Part shown: positions 1-9,005 of the stretch, one piece after another
Numbering within the stretch: the stretch's first letter is position 1
Layout of the letters: each line of letters opens with the position of its first letter
Notes under the pieces: generated by a model
Database searches by the model: none
Told to the model about the DNA's origin: nothing
What the model saw: the letters and a program-made list of their open reading frames with translations, nothing else
Virus record (IMG/VR): IMGVR_UViG_3300044630_004720
Source of the DNA: a virus
Taxonomy: Duplodnaviria; Caudoviricetes
Reading direction: 5' to 3' (one strand)
DNA length: 64,000 nt
Translations under genes and position numbers: made by a program

Positions 1-1
1 A

Positions 2-1750
2 ATTGAACAATTAAAAGAATATGCAAGAATTATTAAAGATACACCATACGCTTTAAGAACTTATTTGCAAACGTATGATAATACTCAAAAAAAATACGTC
101 CCTATGGACTTGTTTCCTGACCAATTACAATTGATTCAGGATTATGAAGATTACAACGAAAACATCACAAAAAAATATCGTCAAGCAGGGGTTACAACAG
201 TAACTGCGGCTTGGTTATCTAAAAAATTACAATTAGCAAAACCAGAGAATCCCGAAAGAGTCCTAATCATTGCAAACAAAAGAGATACCGCAATTGAGAT
301 GGCTAACAAAGTTCGTAACTTTTTAGAACAATGGCCCGAATGGTTAAATGTTGGTTTCTCACCTGATAAAAACTCTGAAAGTAGATTTAGATTAAATAAC
401 GGATGTGAGGTAAAAGCCGTAGCAACATCTGCGGATGCGTTACGTGGTTATACACCGACGGTTCTTGTATTTGACGAAGCTGCGTATATCGAAGCAGGTG
501 AGGACTTTTGGGCGGCTTCAATGGCATCACTATCTACGGGTGGTAAGATTATTCTTATCTCAACTCCAAATGGATATGACCCAATATATTATGGTGTTTA
601 TGACCAATCATTACGTGGACTGAACGACTTCCATATAACCGATTTAAGATGGTTTAAAGACCCTCGTTATACAAAGGACTTAGTATGGGTAAAATGTAAT
701 GACATATGTCATTATATGTTGAATAGGGAACAATACAATGATGATGAGGTAGTACTTCGTGAATTCGATATGAGTAACTACCGAAAAATAGAAGAGGAAG
801 GTTATAAACCATTTTCATCTTGGTTTGAATCTATGTCTAAAAAATTCAAATACGATAGACGTAAGATTGCACAGGAATTGGAGTGTGACTTCTTAGGTTC
901 AGGAGATGGTGTAATTCCTGGTGACATTCAAGAGAATATTGCCAAAAATATGATTAGAGTTCCATTTGAGAAGTATATGCAAGGAACTTTTTGGCATTGG
1001 AAGGAACCAGTACAAGACCATCGTTACATTATGGGTGTGGACGTGAGTAGAGGAGATAGTGAGGATTTCTCGTCCATCAATATTATTGATTTTGATGAAA
1101 GAGAGCAAGTTGCAGAATACATTGGTAAAATACCGCCAGATGATTTAGCTGCGATTGCATATAAATGGGGAGTCTTGTATAACGCATTTATAGTTGTTGA
1201 TATTACCGGTGGTATGGGGGTTGCAACATCAAGAAAATTACAGGAATTAAACTATAAAAATCTATACATTGATGGTATTAATACTCAAAACATTTGGGAG
1301 TATAATAAGAAAGCAATGGATAAAATACCCGGTTTAAATTTCAATAATAAAAGAACACAAATTGTCGCAGCTTTCGAGGAACAATTAAGGAAAGGATTTA
1401 TAGTAAGGTCATCAAGACTACTAAACGAACTTAATACTTTCGTTTATATGAATGGTAGACCTGACCATATGAAAGGTGCTCACGATGATGCGATTATGAG
1501 TATGTCTATGGCGTTATATGCTGGTGATATATGTTTCAATCAATTACAAAGAACTGATGCACAAAACAAGGCAATGTTAGATTCTTGGGTATTATCTGAA
1601 AGGACATATGAAGCAAATAAGTCGTTTTATTCATATGGAACTACTTTTGACCCGGTAGGTTCAATGTCGTTCGGTGGTAGTTCACAACAGAACACACCAA
1701 GTAAAAATTCATACAATGAATACAGTTGGTTATTCGGTAAACGTAAGTAA
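2..1750 (+). CDS. terL: Terminase large subunit (T4 gp17-like), 5' end outside window
   Basis: Frame is open from position 2. Walker A-like KYRQAGVTT, Walker B VLVFDEAAYI, nuclease motifs MGVDVSRG and GAHDDAIMS. Directly upstream of portal. Confidence 0.95.
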   Translation: MEQLKEYARIIKDTPYALRTYLQTYDNTQKKYVPMDLFPDQLQLIQDYEDYNENITKKYRQAGVTTVTAAWLSKKLQLAKPENPERVLIIANKRDTAIEMANKVRNFLEQWPEWLNVGFSPDKNSESRFRLNNGCEVKAVATSADALRGYTPTVLVFDEAAYIEAGEDFWAASMASLSTGGKIILISTPNGYDPIYYGVYDQSLRGLNDFHITDLRWFKDPRYTKDLVWVKCNDICHYMLNREQYNDDEVVLREFDMSNYRKIEEEGYKPFSSWFESMSKKFKYDRRKIAQELECDFLGSGDGVIPGDIQENIAKNMIRVPFEKYMQGTFWHWKEPVQDHRYIMGVDVSRGDSEDFSSINIIDFDEREQVAEYIGKIPPDDLAAIAYKWGVLYNAFIVVDITGGMGVATSRKLQELNYKNLYIDGINTQNIWEYNKKAMDKIPGLNFNNKRTQIVAAFEEQLRKGFIVRSSRLLNELNTFVYMNGRPDHMKGAHDDAIMSMSMALYAGDICFNQLQRTDAQNKAMLDSWVLSERTYEANKSFYSYGTTFDPVGSMSFGGSSQQNTPSKNSYNEYSWLFGKRK

Positions 1751-1795
1751 CCTCTTTATTTTTCCAATAATTAAGTGTAGATTAAATAGAAATAG

Positions 1796-1803
1796 TATTT
1801 ATA
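1796..1803 (+). promoter_or_regulatory. Putative late promoter TATTTATA (portal)
   Basis: Motif recurs upstream of structural genes. 3 nt before the ATG at 1807. Confidence 0.7.
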
Positions 1804-1806
1804 GAT

Positions 1807-3645
1807 ATGGCCGAGAATAATTTAACAATATTTCAAAAACTTACTAAAGTATTTGGTTTTCAGGGTAAAACAAAAGAAGAACCACCTTCCTTTACGTTTT
1901 CAAAAGATGAATTACTAAGAACTGATAGTAAAGAAGAGTACGAAAAGGCGTTGTTGCAGGCTCAACAATCGACCTACATTGCAGATAAATGGACTAAACT
2001 TGACCAATCATTATATCAACAGTCTGTTTATTATGAACCTAATAGGTTGTCAGCATATTATGATTATGAATCAATGGAGTTTACTCCTGAAATATCTGCG
2101 GCTTTAGACATTTATGCTGAAGAGTCTACAACAATGTCAGAAAAGGGTGAGATACTTACCGTATATTCTGAATCAAAAAGAATCAAAGCAATTTTAGAGG
2201 ATTTATTTAAAGAAAAATTAGACATAAATACCAACCTACAAATGTGGGCAAGAGGTATGTGTAAGTATGGTGATGATTTTGTTTATCTAAAAGTAGACCC
2301 TGAAAAAGGAGTCGTTGGGTGTCAACAATTACCGAACATCGAAATTGACAGAATTGAAGGTTCAAGTGCTTCTGGTAAAAATTTAGCACCTGTTCCCCAA
2401 GATAGTAAATTACCAACAAGAGAGTTAAGATTTAGTTGGAAGAACAAGGATATGGAATTCCAAGCTTGGGAAATAGCTCATTTTAGAATTTTAGGTGATG
2501 ATAGAAAGTTACCGTATGGTACTTCTATGTTAGATAAGATTAGAAGAATTTGGAAACAACTTTTACTTGCTGAAGACGCGATGTTAATTTATAGAACATC
2601 AAGAGCACCTGAAAGACGTGTATTTAAAGTGTTCGTTGGTAATATGGACGATAAGGATATTGAACCATACGTACAACGTGTGGCAAATAAATTTAAAAGG
2701 GACACTGTGGTTGACCAAAAAAATGGTCAAGTGGATATGAGATATAATCAAATGGCGGTAGACCAAGATTATTTCATACCTGTTCGTGACCCCGCTCAAA
2801 CTAACCCAATTGAAACATTAGCAGGTGCTGCCAATTTAGGTGAAATCGCCGATATTGAGTATATCCAAAAAAAGATGTTAGCGGCACTTCGTATTCCAAA
2901 AGCGTTTTTAGGATTTGAAGAGGTTGTTGGTGATGGTAAGAATTTAGCGTTAATGGATATTCGTTTTGCAAGAACCATTAATAGAATACAGAAATCATTA
3001 ATCCAAGAATTAAATAAAATAGCATTAATTCATTTATATCTTTTAGGTTTAGAGGACGAATTACATAATTTCAGTTTATCACTAACTAACCCATCATCTC
3101 AGTCTGATTTACTTAAGATTGAACAATGGAAAGAAAAGATTACCCTTTATAAAGACGCAACATCTGACCAATCACAACTTGGTATCTTACCTGTTTCACA
3201 TACTTGGGCTAAGAAGAATATTCTCGGATTTAGTGATAATGAAGTTATACTTGATTTACAACAACAAAGACTTGAAAGAGCTATTGGTGGTGAATTGGCG
3301 GCAACTGCAACAATCATTAAACGTTCAGGTGTATTTGATGAGGTGGATGCTAAGTATGGTATTCCTGAAGAAGAAAGAGAGAAATTGGAAGCTGCTGGTG
3401 CTGCAGGTGGAGCCGAAGCGGGAGCTGCTCCGGGAATGGATATGGGTGGTGGAGGAGCAGCCCTTGGAGCTGAAGCGGCACCTCCGGGTGGTGAAGCCGC
3501 ACCATTGAGTGAATCAAGAAAAGAGAAGATATTATCTATGTTGAGTGATAAAGATGAAAAATTGGAGGACCTATTTGACATTAATAAAGCACAACAGAAT
3601 ATTTATGAAATAGAAAATAAATTAAACAACTTACTAAACGACTAA
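1807..3645 (+). CDS. Portal protein (T4 gp20-like)
   Basis: gp20-type motifs YGDDFVY, YRTSRAPERRVFKVFVGNM, DYFIPVR, ETLAGA, LRIPKAFLG. Ala/Gly/Pro-rich C-terminal extension. Confidence 0.95.
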   Translation: MAENNLTIFQKLTKVFGFQGKTKEEPPSFTFSKDELLRTDSKEEYEKALLQAQQSTYIADKWTKLDQSLYQQSVYYEPNRLSAYYDYESMEFTPEISAALDIYAEESTTMSEKGEILTVYSESKRIKAILEDLFKEKLDINTNLQMWARGMCKYGDDFVYLKVDPEKGVVGCQQLPNIEIDRIEGSSASGKNLAPVPQDSKLPTRELRFSWKNKDMEFQAWEIAHFRILGDDRKLPYGTSMLDKIRRIWKQLLLAEDAMLIYRTSRAPERRVFKVFVGNMDDKDIEPYVQRVANKFKRDTVVDQKNGQVDMRYNQMAVDQDYFIPVRDPAQTNPIETLAGAANLGEIADIEYIQKKMLAALRIPKAFLGFEEVVGDGKNLALMDIRFARTINRIQKSLIQELNKIALIHLYLLGLEDELHNFSLSLTNPSSQSDLLKIEQWKEKITLYKDATSDQSQLGILPVSHTWAKKNILGFSDNEVILDLQQQRLERAIGGELAATATIIKRSGVFDEVDAKYGIPEEEREKLEAAGAAGGAEAGAAPGMDMGGGGAALGAEAAPPGGEAAPLSESRKEKILSMLSDKDEKLEDLFDINKAQQNIYEIENKLNNLLND

Positions 3646-3647
3646 CA

Positions 3648-4385
3648 ATGAGTAAATTTGGGGTTTTAAAAACTAAGATATTAAAGAAACTCACAGAATC
3701 ATATTCAAATCAGAATAAAACTGAGATGAAGGAAATCCTTAAAATGATTAAAGAGAATAAGGATTTTAAAGAGTTATATCTTTTTTACGAAGAAATCGAA
3801 AACAAATATTTTGAAGATAAGGACACTGCAAAATTATATGTGGAAGAATTGAATACAATTCTAAAGAACAAATCAAAAAATATATCTGATTTTTGTAATA
3901 AATTGAATACGAAATTAAATGACATTGAGATAAACGAAAATGAAGTTTACTCAAGTCTTGATACGTTATTAGAAGAAGATAACTTATCGAATATTGATAA
4001 GAAGGTTCTCTCTAAGAAAAAATTAGTCGGTCATTTAACGACTTCTAAACAAACAAACGAAGACTTATCGTCTGATGTTGTTGTAAATGAATCTTTACTG
4101 CACGCAGTATTAGTTAATAATTTTAACGTTTTATATTCAAACAACCTAAACGAAGAACAAAAAGAAGAATTAAAAAATATTCTTTCAATGAATCAAGAAG
4201 ATTTAGATAAGAATATGTCAGAATTAAAAGAAAATGTTTTAGACCAAGTATCAAAGATTTTAACTGAAAATTCAGACCAAGACCTTTCAAAGAAGTTAAC
4301 ACAAGTTCAAGACGAGGTTAACAAAATGACATTTAGTAAAATTAATTATTTCAAACTTAAAGAATTAAAAAATGGTCTTAATTAA
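3648..4385 (+). CDS. Hypothetical helical protein, 245 aa, head module
   Basis: Long ORF co-oriented and 2 nt downstream of portal. Several [ILV]-x-E motifs. Confidence 0.8.
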   Translation: MSKFGVLKTKILKKLTESYSNQNKTEMKEILKMIKENKDFKELYLFYEEIENKYFEDKDTAKLYVEELNTILKNKSKNISDFCNKLNTKLNDIEINENEVYSSLDTLLEEDNLSNIDKKVLSKKKLVGHLTTSKQTNEDLSSDVVVNESLLHAVLVNNFNVLYSNNLNEEQKEELKNILSMNQEDLDKNMSELKENVLDQVSKILTENSDQDLSKKLTQVQDEVNKMTFSKINYFKLKELKNGLN

Positions 4386-4397
4386 GACCATTTTTTA
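4366..4397. terminator. Perfect 32-bp palindrome, bidirectional terminator shared by two convergent genes
   Basis: TAAAAAATGGTCTTAA|TTAAGACCATTTTTTA. A6/T6 flanks and both stop codons lie inside it. Confidence 0.75.
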
Positions 4398-4569
4398 TTT
4401 TCTCTGAATAGATTGCTTTGAGTTTTTCTTTACGTTTTTTAACGGAGGGTTTTACAAACTCTTCCCTTTCTCTTAATTTTTGGATTTGCTTAATTTTTTG
4501 AACTTTTTGTTTGTACGTTCTTAACGCAAACTCAATTCCTCGCTCTCCCTTTACTTCGATTATAATCAT
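4378..4569 (-). CDS. rpsU: Ribosomal protein bS21, phage-encoded, Bacteroidota-type
   Basis: 63 aa with IEFALRTYK..K, LREREEFVKPSVKKR and KAIY. Antisense within the head module, as reported for bS21 phages. Confidence 0.9.
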   Translation of the reverse strand: MIIIEVKGERGIEFALRTYKQKVQKIKQIQKLREREEFVKPSVKKRKEKLKAIYSEKIKNGLN

Positions 4570-4588
4570 TTGTTTTTAATTTATATTT

Positions 4589-4596
4589 TATAAATA
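4589..4596 (-). promoter_or_regulatory. Putative late promoter TATTTATA (bS21)
   Basis: TATAAATA on + strand, 19 nt from the bS21 ATG. Confidence 0.65.
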
Positions 4597-4599
4597 TAT

Positions 4600-4631
4600 T
4601 TTGGATTTACCAGAATTTTTCATTATATTTT
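4600..4631 (+). promoter_or_regulatory. Host-type (Bacteroidota -33/-7) promoter
   Basis: TTTG-N20-TATATTTT upstream of 4670. Confidence 0.55.
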
Positions 4632-4669
4632 AAATATAACCATAAGATATTATAATATGAACAAAATTA

Positions 4670-5095
4670 ATGAAAACCGGAAAATTTATACCACTGGGAC
4701 ACTATGGTAATGTAAAAATCGGATATGGAACTGTAGATTACAAAAACTTAAAAACCATATATATAAAATTAAATTCTTGGCTTTTACCTGAAACCGATAC
4801 TAAAGACTTCGATGTCATAATTTCAAAATCACGTAGAGAAATTAAAAACTATATCTATTGTTTGGATAACGACTTATTTAGAAAAGAAAATATAGTCGAT
4901 TTAGACATTAGAACTAAAGGAATCAAACTCGAAAAGAAGTCATTTATGAATTTAGAGATAACATTATTTGTTAAAAATCATTTTGATATTCGCGATAAAA
5001 AAGTAAAGAGTAGAATTAAAGAACTATCCGAACACATCGTTGATACTAATCTAAAAGACAAAAATCTGTTTAATTTCTATAAGAACAAGAAATAA
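4670..5095 (+). CDS. Hypothetical protein, 141 aa
   Basis: Intact ORF with A-rich start context. No recognised family. Confidence 0.8.
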   Translation: MKTGKFIPLGHYGNVKIGYGTVDYKNLKTIYIKLNSWLLPETDTKDFDVIISKSRREIKNYIYCLDNDLFRKENIVDLDIRTKGIKLEKKSFMNLEITLFVKNHFDIRDKKVKSRIKELSEHIVDTNLKDKNLFNFYKNKK

Positions 5096-5110
5096 GTTGG
5101 GTTATTGATG

Positions 5111-5118
5111 TATTTATA
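5111..5118 (+). promoter_or_regulatory. Putative late promoter TATTTATA (protease)
   Basis: 15 nt before ATG 5134. Confidence 0.7.
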
Positions 5119-5133
5119 GTATAAAAACTGTAA

Positions 5134-5820
5134 ATGAAAATTTTAGGTCCTCACGAAACGGGTAAAGGAATCTTAATAGAGTACGACGCCGGACATATAT
5201 CACCTGAAGAAAACAAGCAAATCATTAAGGAAATGAGAGAACTTGATTTTTCTCAGGACATAGTTTTATACGCTGTTTTACAAAAATACGACACTCCAAA
5301 TAAGAACGGAAGGATTTATCCTGAAATGTTACTGAAAAGAGAAAACGAAAAATACCAAACGCTAATTAAAAAGGGTGGTGCATTAAACGAATTAAATCAC
5401 CCATCATCTTCACTTATCGATTTAGATAGGGTTTCCCATTCAATTCTTGAAACTTTTTGGGATGGTAAGATGCTTATGGGTAAAATTAAACTTTTCACTT
5501 CGCCGGGTTGGAGAAAGATGGGAATTGTTTCCACAAAAGGGGACCAAGCAGCAATGTTAATTATGAACGGAGCTACTTTAGGTATCTCTTCAAGAGGTGT
5601 CGGTTCATTAAAGAATGTTAAGGGTCAAAACATAGTACAAGAAGATTTTGAACTTGTTTGTTTTGATTTGGTGTCATCTCCATCTACACCAGGTGCATAT
5701 GTGTTCCCTGATTTATCTGACAGGGACAAATATCAAGAATCTATTGATGAAAAATCTGATGAAGGTATGAACAAGATGAAGTCATTAATGGGTAAACTAG
5801 ATAGTTTTTTATCTAAATAA
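5134..5820 (+). CDS. Prohead maturation protease (T4 gp21-like)
   Basis: NKNGRIYP, ELNHP, GISSRGVGS, DLVSSPSTPGA motifs. Confidence 0.95.
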   Translation: MKILGPHETGKGILIEYDAGHISPEENKQIIKEMRELDFSQDIVLYAVLQKYDTPNKNGRIYPEMLLKRENEKYQTLIKKGGALNELNHPSSSLIDLDRVSHSILETFWDGKMLMGKIKLFTSPGWRKMGIVSTKGDQAAMLIMNGATLGISSRGVGSLKNVKGQNIVQEDFELVCFDLVSSPSTPGAYVFPDLSDRDKYQESIDEKSDEGMNKMKSLMGKLDSFLSK

Positions 5821-5873
5821 TAATTTTTATCCGTTTTGAGGTATAAGAAAAGTAATTTTTTCTAAAATCAATG

Positions 5874-5881
5874 TATTTATA
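5874..5881 (+). promoter_or_regulatory. Putative late promoter TATTTATA (scaffold-capsid operon)
   Basis: 26 nt before ATG 5908. Confidence 0.7.
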
Positions 5882-5907
5882 GGATAATAAAACATTTAAA
5901 AAATACG

Positions 5908-7140
5908 ATGAGTCAAAAATCTATTTTAGAACAAGCTTTACTTCAAGTACAAACTCTTGAAGAAGCAGTTAAGCAAAATGCAAAGGGTATACTTGCTTCT
6001 ACAATGAAACAAGAACTAAATGATTTGCTTAAAGAATCAGAAGACGAGGGGAATATTGAATCTCCTGAAGTTGAAGAACAAGATGTACCAGAAATTGGTG
6101 ATGAAGAAACTCCAACAGATGACGAAGAATCAGACGAAATTGCAGATGAACCTGAATCTGACGAAGAAGGTGAAGATGAAATGGGTGCTGATGATGAAGA
6201 AGAAATACCTGCGGATGACGAGGAAATGCCTGCTGATGACGAAATGGGCGTTGAAGACGAAATGGGTGCTGATGATGAAGAGGGAGAAGATGTTCTTGAT
6301 ATGACATCGGCTTCTGACGCTGAAGTACTTAAAGTTTTCAGAGCTATGAAGCCTGATGATGGTATTGTCGTTAAAAAAGAAGGTGATAAAATTTCTTTGA
6401 ATGTTGATGATGAGGAGTACATTATTAAGCTCGGTGACGAAGGAATGGGTCTTAATGAAGGATGGGATGAATCTGAAGGACAATATGATGAGTCTGATGT
6501 AGACACATCTATGTTGGAAGATGATGATATCGAACCTTCTGATGAAGACGGAACCGTTTTTGAAATCGAACTTGACGAAGAGGAAAAAGATGTTATTGAG
6601 CCTGTTGAAGGTGAAGTTAAAAAGGTTGAAGCAACCGAAGCGTTACGTACAAAATCAAACCGTCACGGAGATAAAAACGGCCAAAATCGTACTGGTTTAC
6701 CGGCTAAAAATGTTTACAAAGCGGGTACAGTAACTAATGAGGAAGTATCAACACTTAAAAAACAAGTTCAAGTTCTTAGAGAAAAGAATGAAGAGTACAA
6801 AAAAGCTCTTGTGCTTTTCAAAGAAAAATTGAACGAAGTCGCTACTTTCAACGCAAATTTAGCATTCGCAACCAAATTGTTTACAGAACATTCAACAACT
6901 AAACAGGAGAAAATGAATATATTAAAAAGATTTGATTCAGTTTCTACTATAAAAGAGTCCAAAAATCTTTATTCTACAATTAACTCTGAATTAGACAATA
7001 AAAAACCAATGACAGAGGCTATTGTAGATAAAATTACATCTAATCCAACAACTTCTTCTACCGAGGTTCTTTCAGAGTCAAAAGCTTATGAAAATCCACA
7101 ATTCAGAAGAATGAAAGATTTGATGAATAAAATAAAATAA
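5908..7140 (+). CDS. Prohead core/scaffold protein (T4 gp22-like)
   Basis: Between protease and major capsid gene. Very acidic middle with DEMGADDEE repeats, coiled-coil C-terminus. Confidence 0.8.
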   Translation: MSQKSILEQALLQVQTLEEAVKQNAKGILASTMKQELNDLLKESEDEGNIESPEVEEQDVPEIGDEETPTDDEESDEIADEPESDEEGEDEMGADDEEEIPADDEEMPADDEMGVEDEMGADDEEGEDVLDMTSASDAEVLKVFRAMKPDDGIVVKKEGDKISLNVDDEEYIIKLGDEGMGLNEGWDESEGQYDESDVDTSMLEDDDIEPSDEDGTVFEIELDEEEKDVIEPVEGEVKKVEATEALRTKSNRHGDKNGQNRTGLPAKNVYKAGTVTNEEVSTLKKQVQVLREKNEEYKKALVLFKEKLNEVATFNANLAFATKLFTEHSTTKQEKMNILKRFDSVSTIKESKNLYSTINSELDNKKPMTEAIVDKITSNPTTSSTEVLSESKAYENPQFRRMKDLMNKIK

Positions 7141-7171
7141 TAAAAATTTAAAAAAATAAAATCCAAAAAAA

Positions 7172-8905
7172 ATGGGAGCATTATTAGAATCAGGTATGGT
7201 TGGTAACATCGGTCTTAAGCACCTTCGTGTTATCAAAGAAGATACCATCAAAAAATGGGACGAGTTGGGATTCCTTGAGGGTCTTGGCGGTCACCAAAAA
7301 GATAACATCGCACAATTATACGAAAACCAAGCATCTTACTTAATCAACGAAGCAGCAGTATCTGACGCTTCAGGTTCATTTGAGACAGTGGTTTTCCCAA
7401 TCATTCGTCGTGTTTTCTCTAAATTATTAGCAAACGATATCGTTTCTGTACAAGCAATGAACTTACCAATCGGTAAATTATTCTACTTTGTACCTAAAAT
7501 CCAAAACAGACAAAGTAACTCACTTAATGAGCACTACGCACCTTACAAGATGCCAAGTAACACTGACGCTCAAGACGCTGGTTATACTTCTGGTTTAAAC
7601 CTTTATGACCGTTTCTACGAGTCAGGTGATGGTAACAGCCCTGATACAGGATTGTTCGATTACTCTAAAGGTTCTTATTCAGGTGTAACTTTAGCAGGTG
7701 CTGCAGTTGTAGCATTCTCTAACGGTGTTGTATCTGATGTAACAAGAGCATCATTAACTGGTACTACTAAAGATTCATTAGTTGTTAAATTCTCAGGTTT
7801 CACTAAAGATGGTCAAGGTAAACTTATCGGACCTAACGGTTCTGTAATGGATACTGAAGAATTCTTAGCAGGAGCTGAAATTTTCGTTAGTGGAGCTTCT
7901 AAAAACTTCAACATCGTAACTCAGAAATACGGTAAAGGTATTATCGAGTACGGTTCAAAAGCAACTTCAGCATTCCCTGGTGGTAGATTCCAAGATGTTT
8001 GTGATGAGGAAGGTGTAATTTACATCAATGTAGATTTACAAAACTACAACGGTGCAACTACAGGTTTTACCGCATCTCAATTATCTAACACATTCCAAGC
8101 TTCAGACGTTACTTTGACTTTCAGAGTATACAATGACTTAGAATTTGAAGATGAAATCGGTGAAGTATCTTTCGATTTAGAATCTGTTACAGTTTCTGTA
8201 GTAGAAAGAAAATTAAGAGCTAGCTGGTCTCCAGAATTAGCACAAGACGTAAGTGCATTCCACAACATCGACGCTGAAGCTGAGTTAACTGCATTGTTAT
8301 CTGAGCAAATCGCGGCTGAGGTTGACCGTGAAATCTTACGTGACTTACGTAAAGGTGCCGCTTGGACAGCTAAGTGGGATTACAACGAATGGAAATACGG
8401 AAACGGTGGTTCTTCATTCGCAGGTTACACTCAAAAAGACTGGAACCAAACATTAATCACTAAGATTAATCAGATTTCAGCTCAAATCCATAAAACTACT
8501 TTGAGAGGTGGTGCTAACTGGATTATCGTATCTTCAGAAGTATCTGCAGTATTCGATGATTTAGAATATTTCCACGTATCAAACGCTCATCCTGAGCAAG
8601 ACCAATACAATATGGGTATTGAGAAAGTAGGTACATTAGCAGGTCGTTACCAAGTATATCGTGACCCTTACTTCCCAGCAAACAAAATTTTGATTGGACA
8701 CAAAGGTAAGTCATTGTTAGACGCTGGTTATGTATACGCACCATATGTTCCACTTCAATTAACTCCAACAATGTATAATCCTTTCAATATGACCCCAATT
8801 AAGGGTATTATGACTCGTTACGCTAAGAAAATGGTTAACAACCGTTACTTCGGTGTAATCACAGTGAGAGGTGTACAAACGTTCGATATGAACACATTAA
8901 GATAA
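7172..8905 (+). CDS. Major capsid protein (T4 gp23-like)
   Basis: VSVQAMNLPIGKLFY, RKLRASWSPELAQD, EIDREI-like EVDREI, YAPYVPL, GIMTRY motifs. Confidence 0.97.
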   Translation: MGALLESGMVGNIGLKHLRVIKEDTIKKWDELGFLEGLGGHQKDNIAQLYENQASYLINEAAVSDASGSFETVVFPIIRRVFSKLLANDIVSVQAMNLPIGKLFYFVPKIQNRQSNSLNEHYAPYKMPSNTDAQDAGYTSGLNLYDRFYESGDGNSPDTGLFDYSKGSYSGVTLAGAAVVAFSNGVVSDVTRASLTGTTKDSLVVKFSGFTKDGQGKLIGPNGSVMDTEEFLAGAEIFVSGASKNFNIVTQKYGKGIIEYGSKATSAFPGGRFQDVCDEEGVIYINVDLQNYNGATTGFTASQLSNTFQASDVTLTFRVYNDLEFEDEIGEVSFDLESVTVSVVERKLRASWSPELAQDVSAFHNIDAEAELTALLSEQIAAEVDREILRDLRKGAAWTAKWDYNEWKYGNGGSSFAGYTQKDWNQTLITKINQISAQIHKTTLRGGANWIIVSSEVSAVFDDLEYFHVSNAHPEQDQYNMGIEKVGTLAGRYQVYRDPYFPANKILIGHKGKSLLDAGYVYAPYVPLQLTPTMYNPFNMTPIKGIMTRYAKKMVNNRYFGVITVRGVQTFDMNTLR

Positions 8906-8925
8906 TATTTTTTATCTTATTTTAT

Positions 8926-8955
8926 AAAAACCCCCGACTATTCGGGGGTTTTTTA
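8926..8955. terminator. Intrinsic terminator after major capsid gene
   Basis: AAAAACCCCCGA-CTAT-TCGGGGGTTTTT followed by T run. Confidence 0.9.
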
Positions 8956-8967
8956 TTATGTAACAGA

Positions 8968-8975
8968 TATTTATA
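8968..8975 (+). promoter_or_regulatory. Putative late promoter TATTTATA
   Basis: Just after the terminator and upstream of 9006. Confidence 0.65.
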
Positions 8976-9005
8976 TATTATAAAATAAAAAAAAACATTT
9001 ATAAG

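Noticed and set aside
3147-3581. 144-aa antisense ORF, and 129-aa alternate-frame ORF 3119-3508
   Set aside because: Shadows of the portal's GC-rich Ala/Gly/Pro tail. No promoter or start context.
5943-6506. 187-aa Ser-rich antisense ORF and other short ORFs over the scaffold
   Set aside because: GAA/GAT-rich acidic codons read as Ser/Phe on the opposite strand and exclude stop codons. Artefact.
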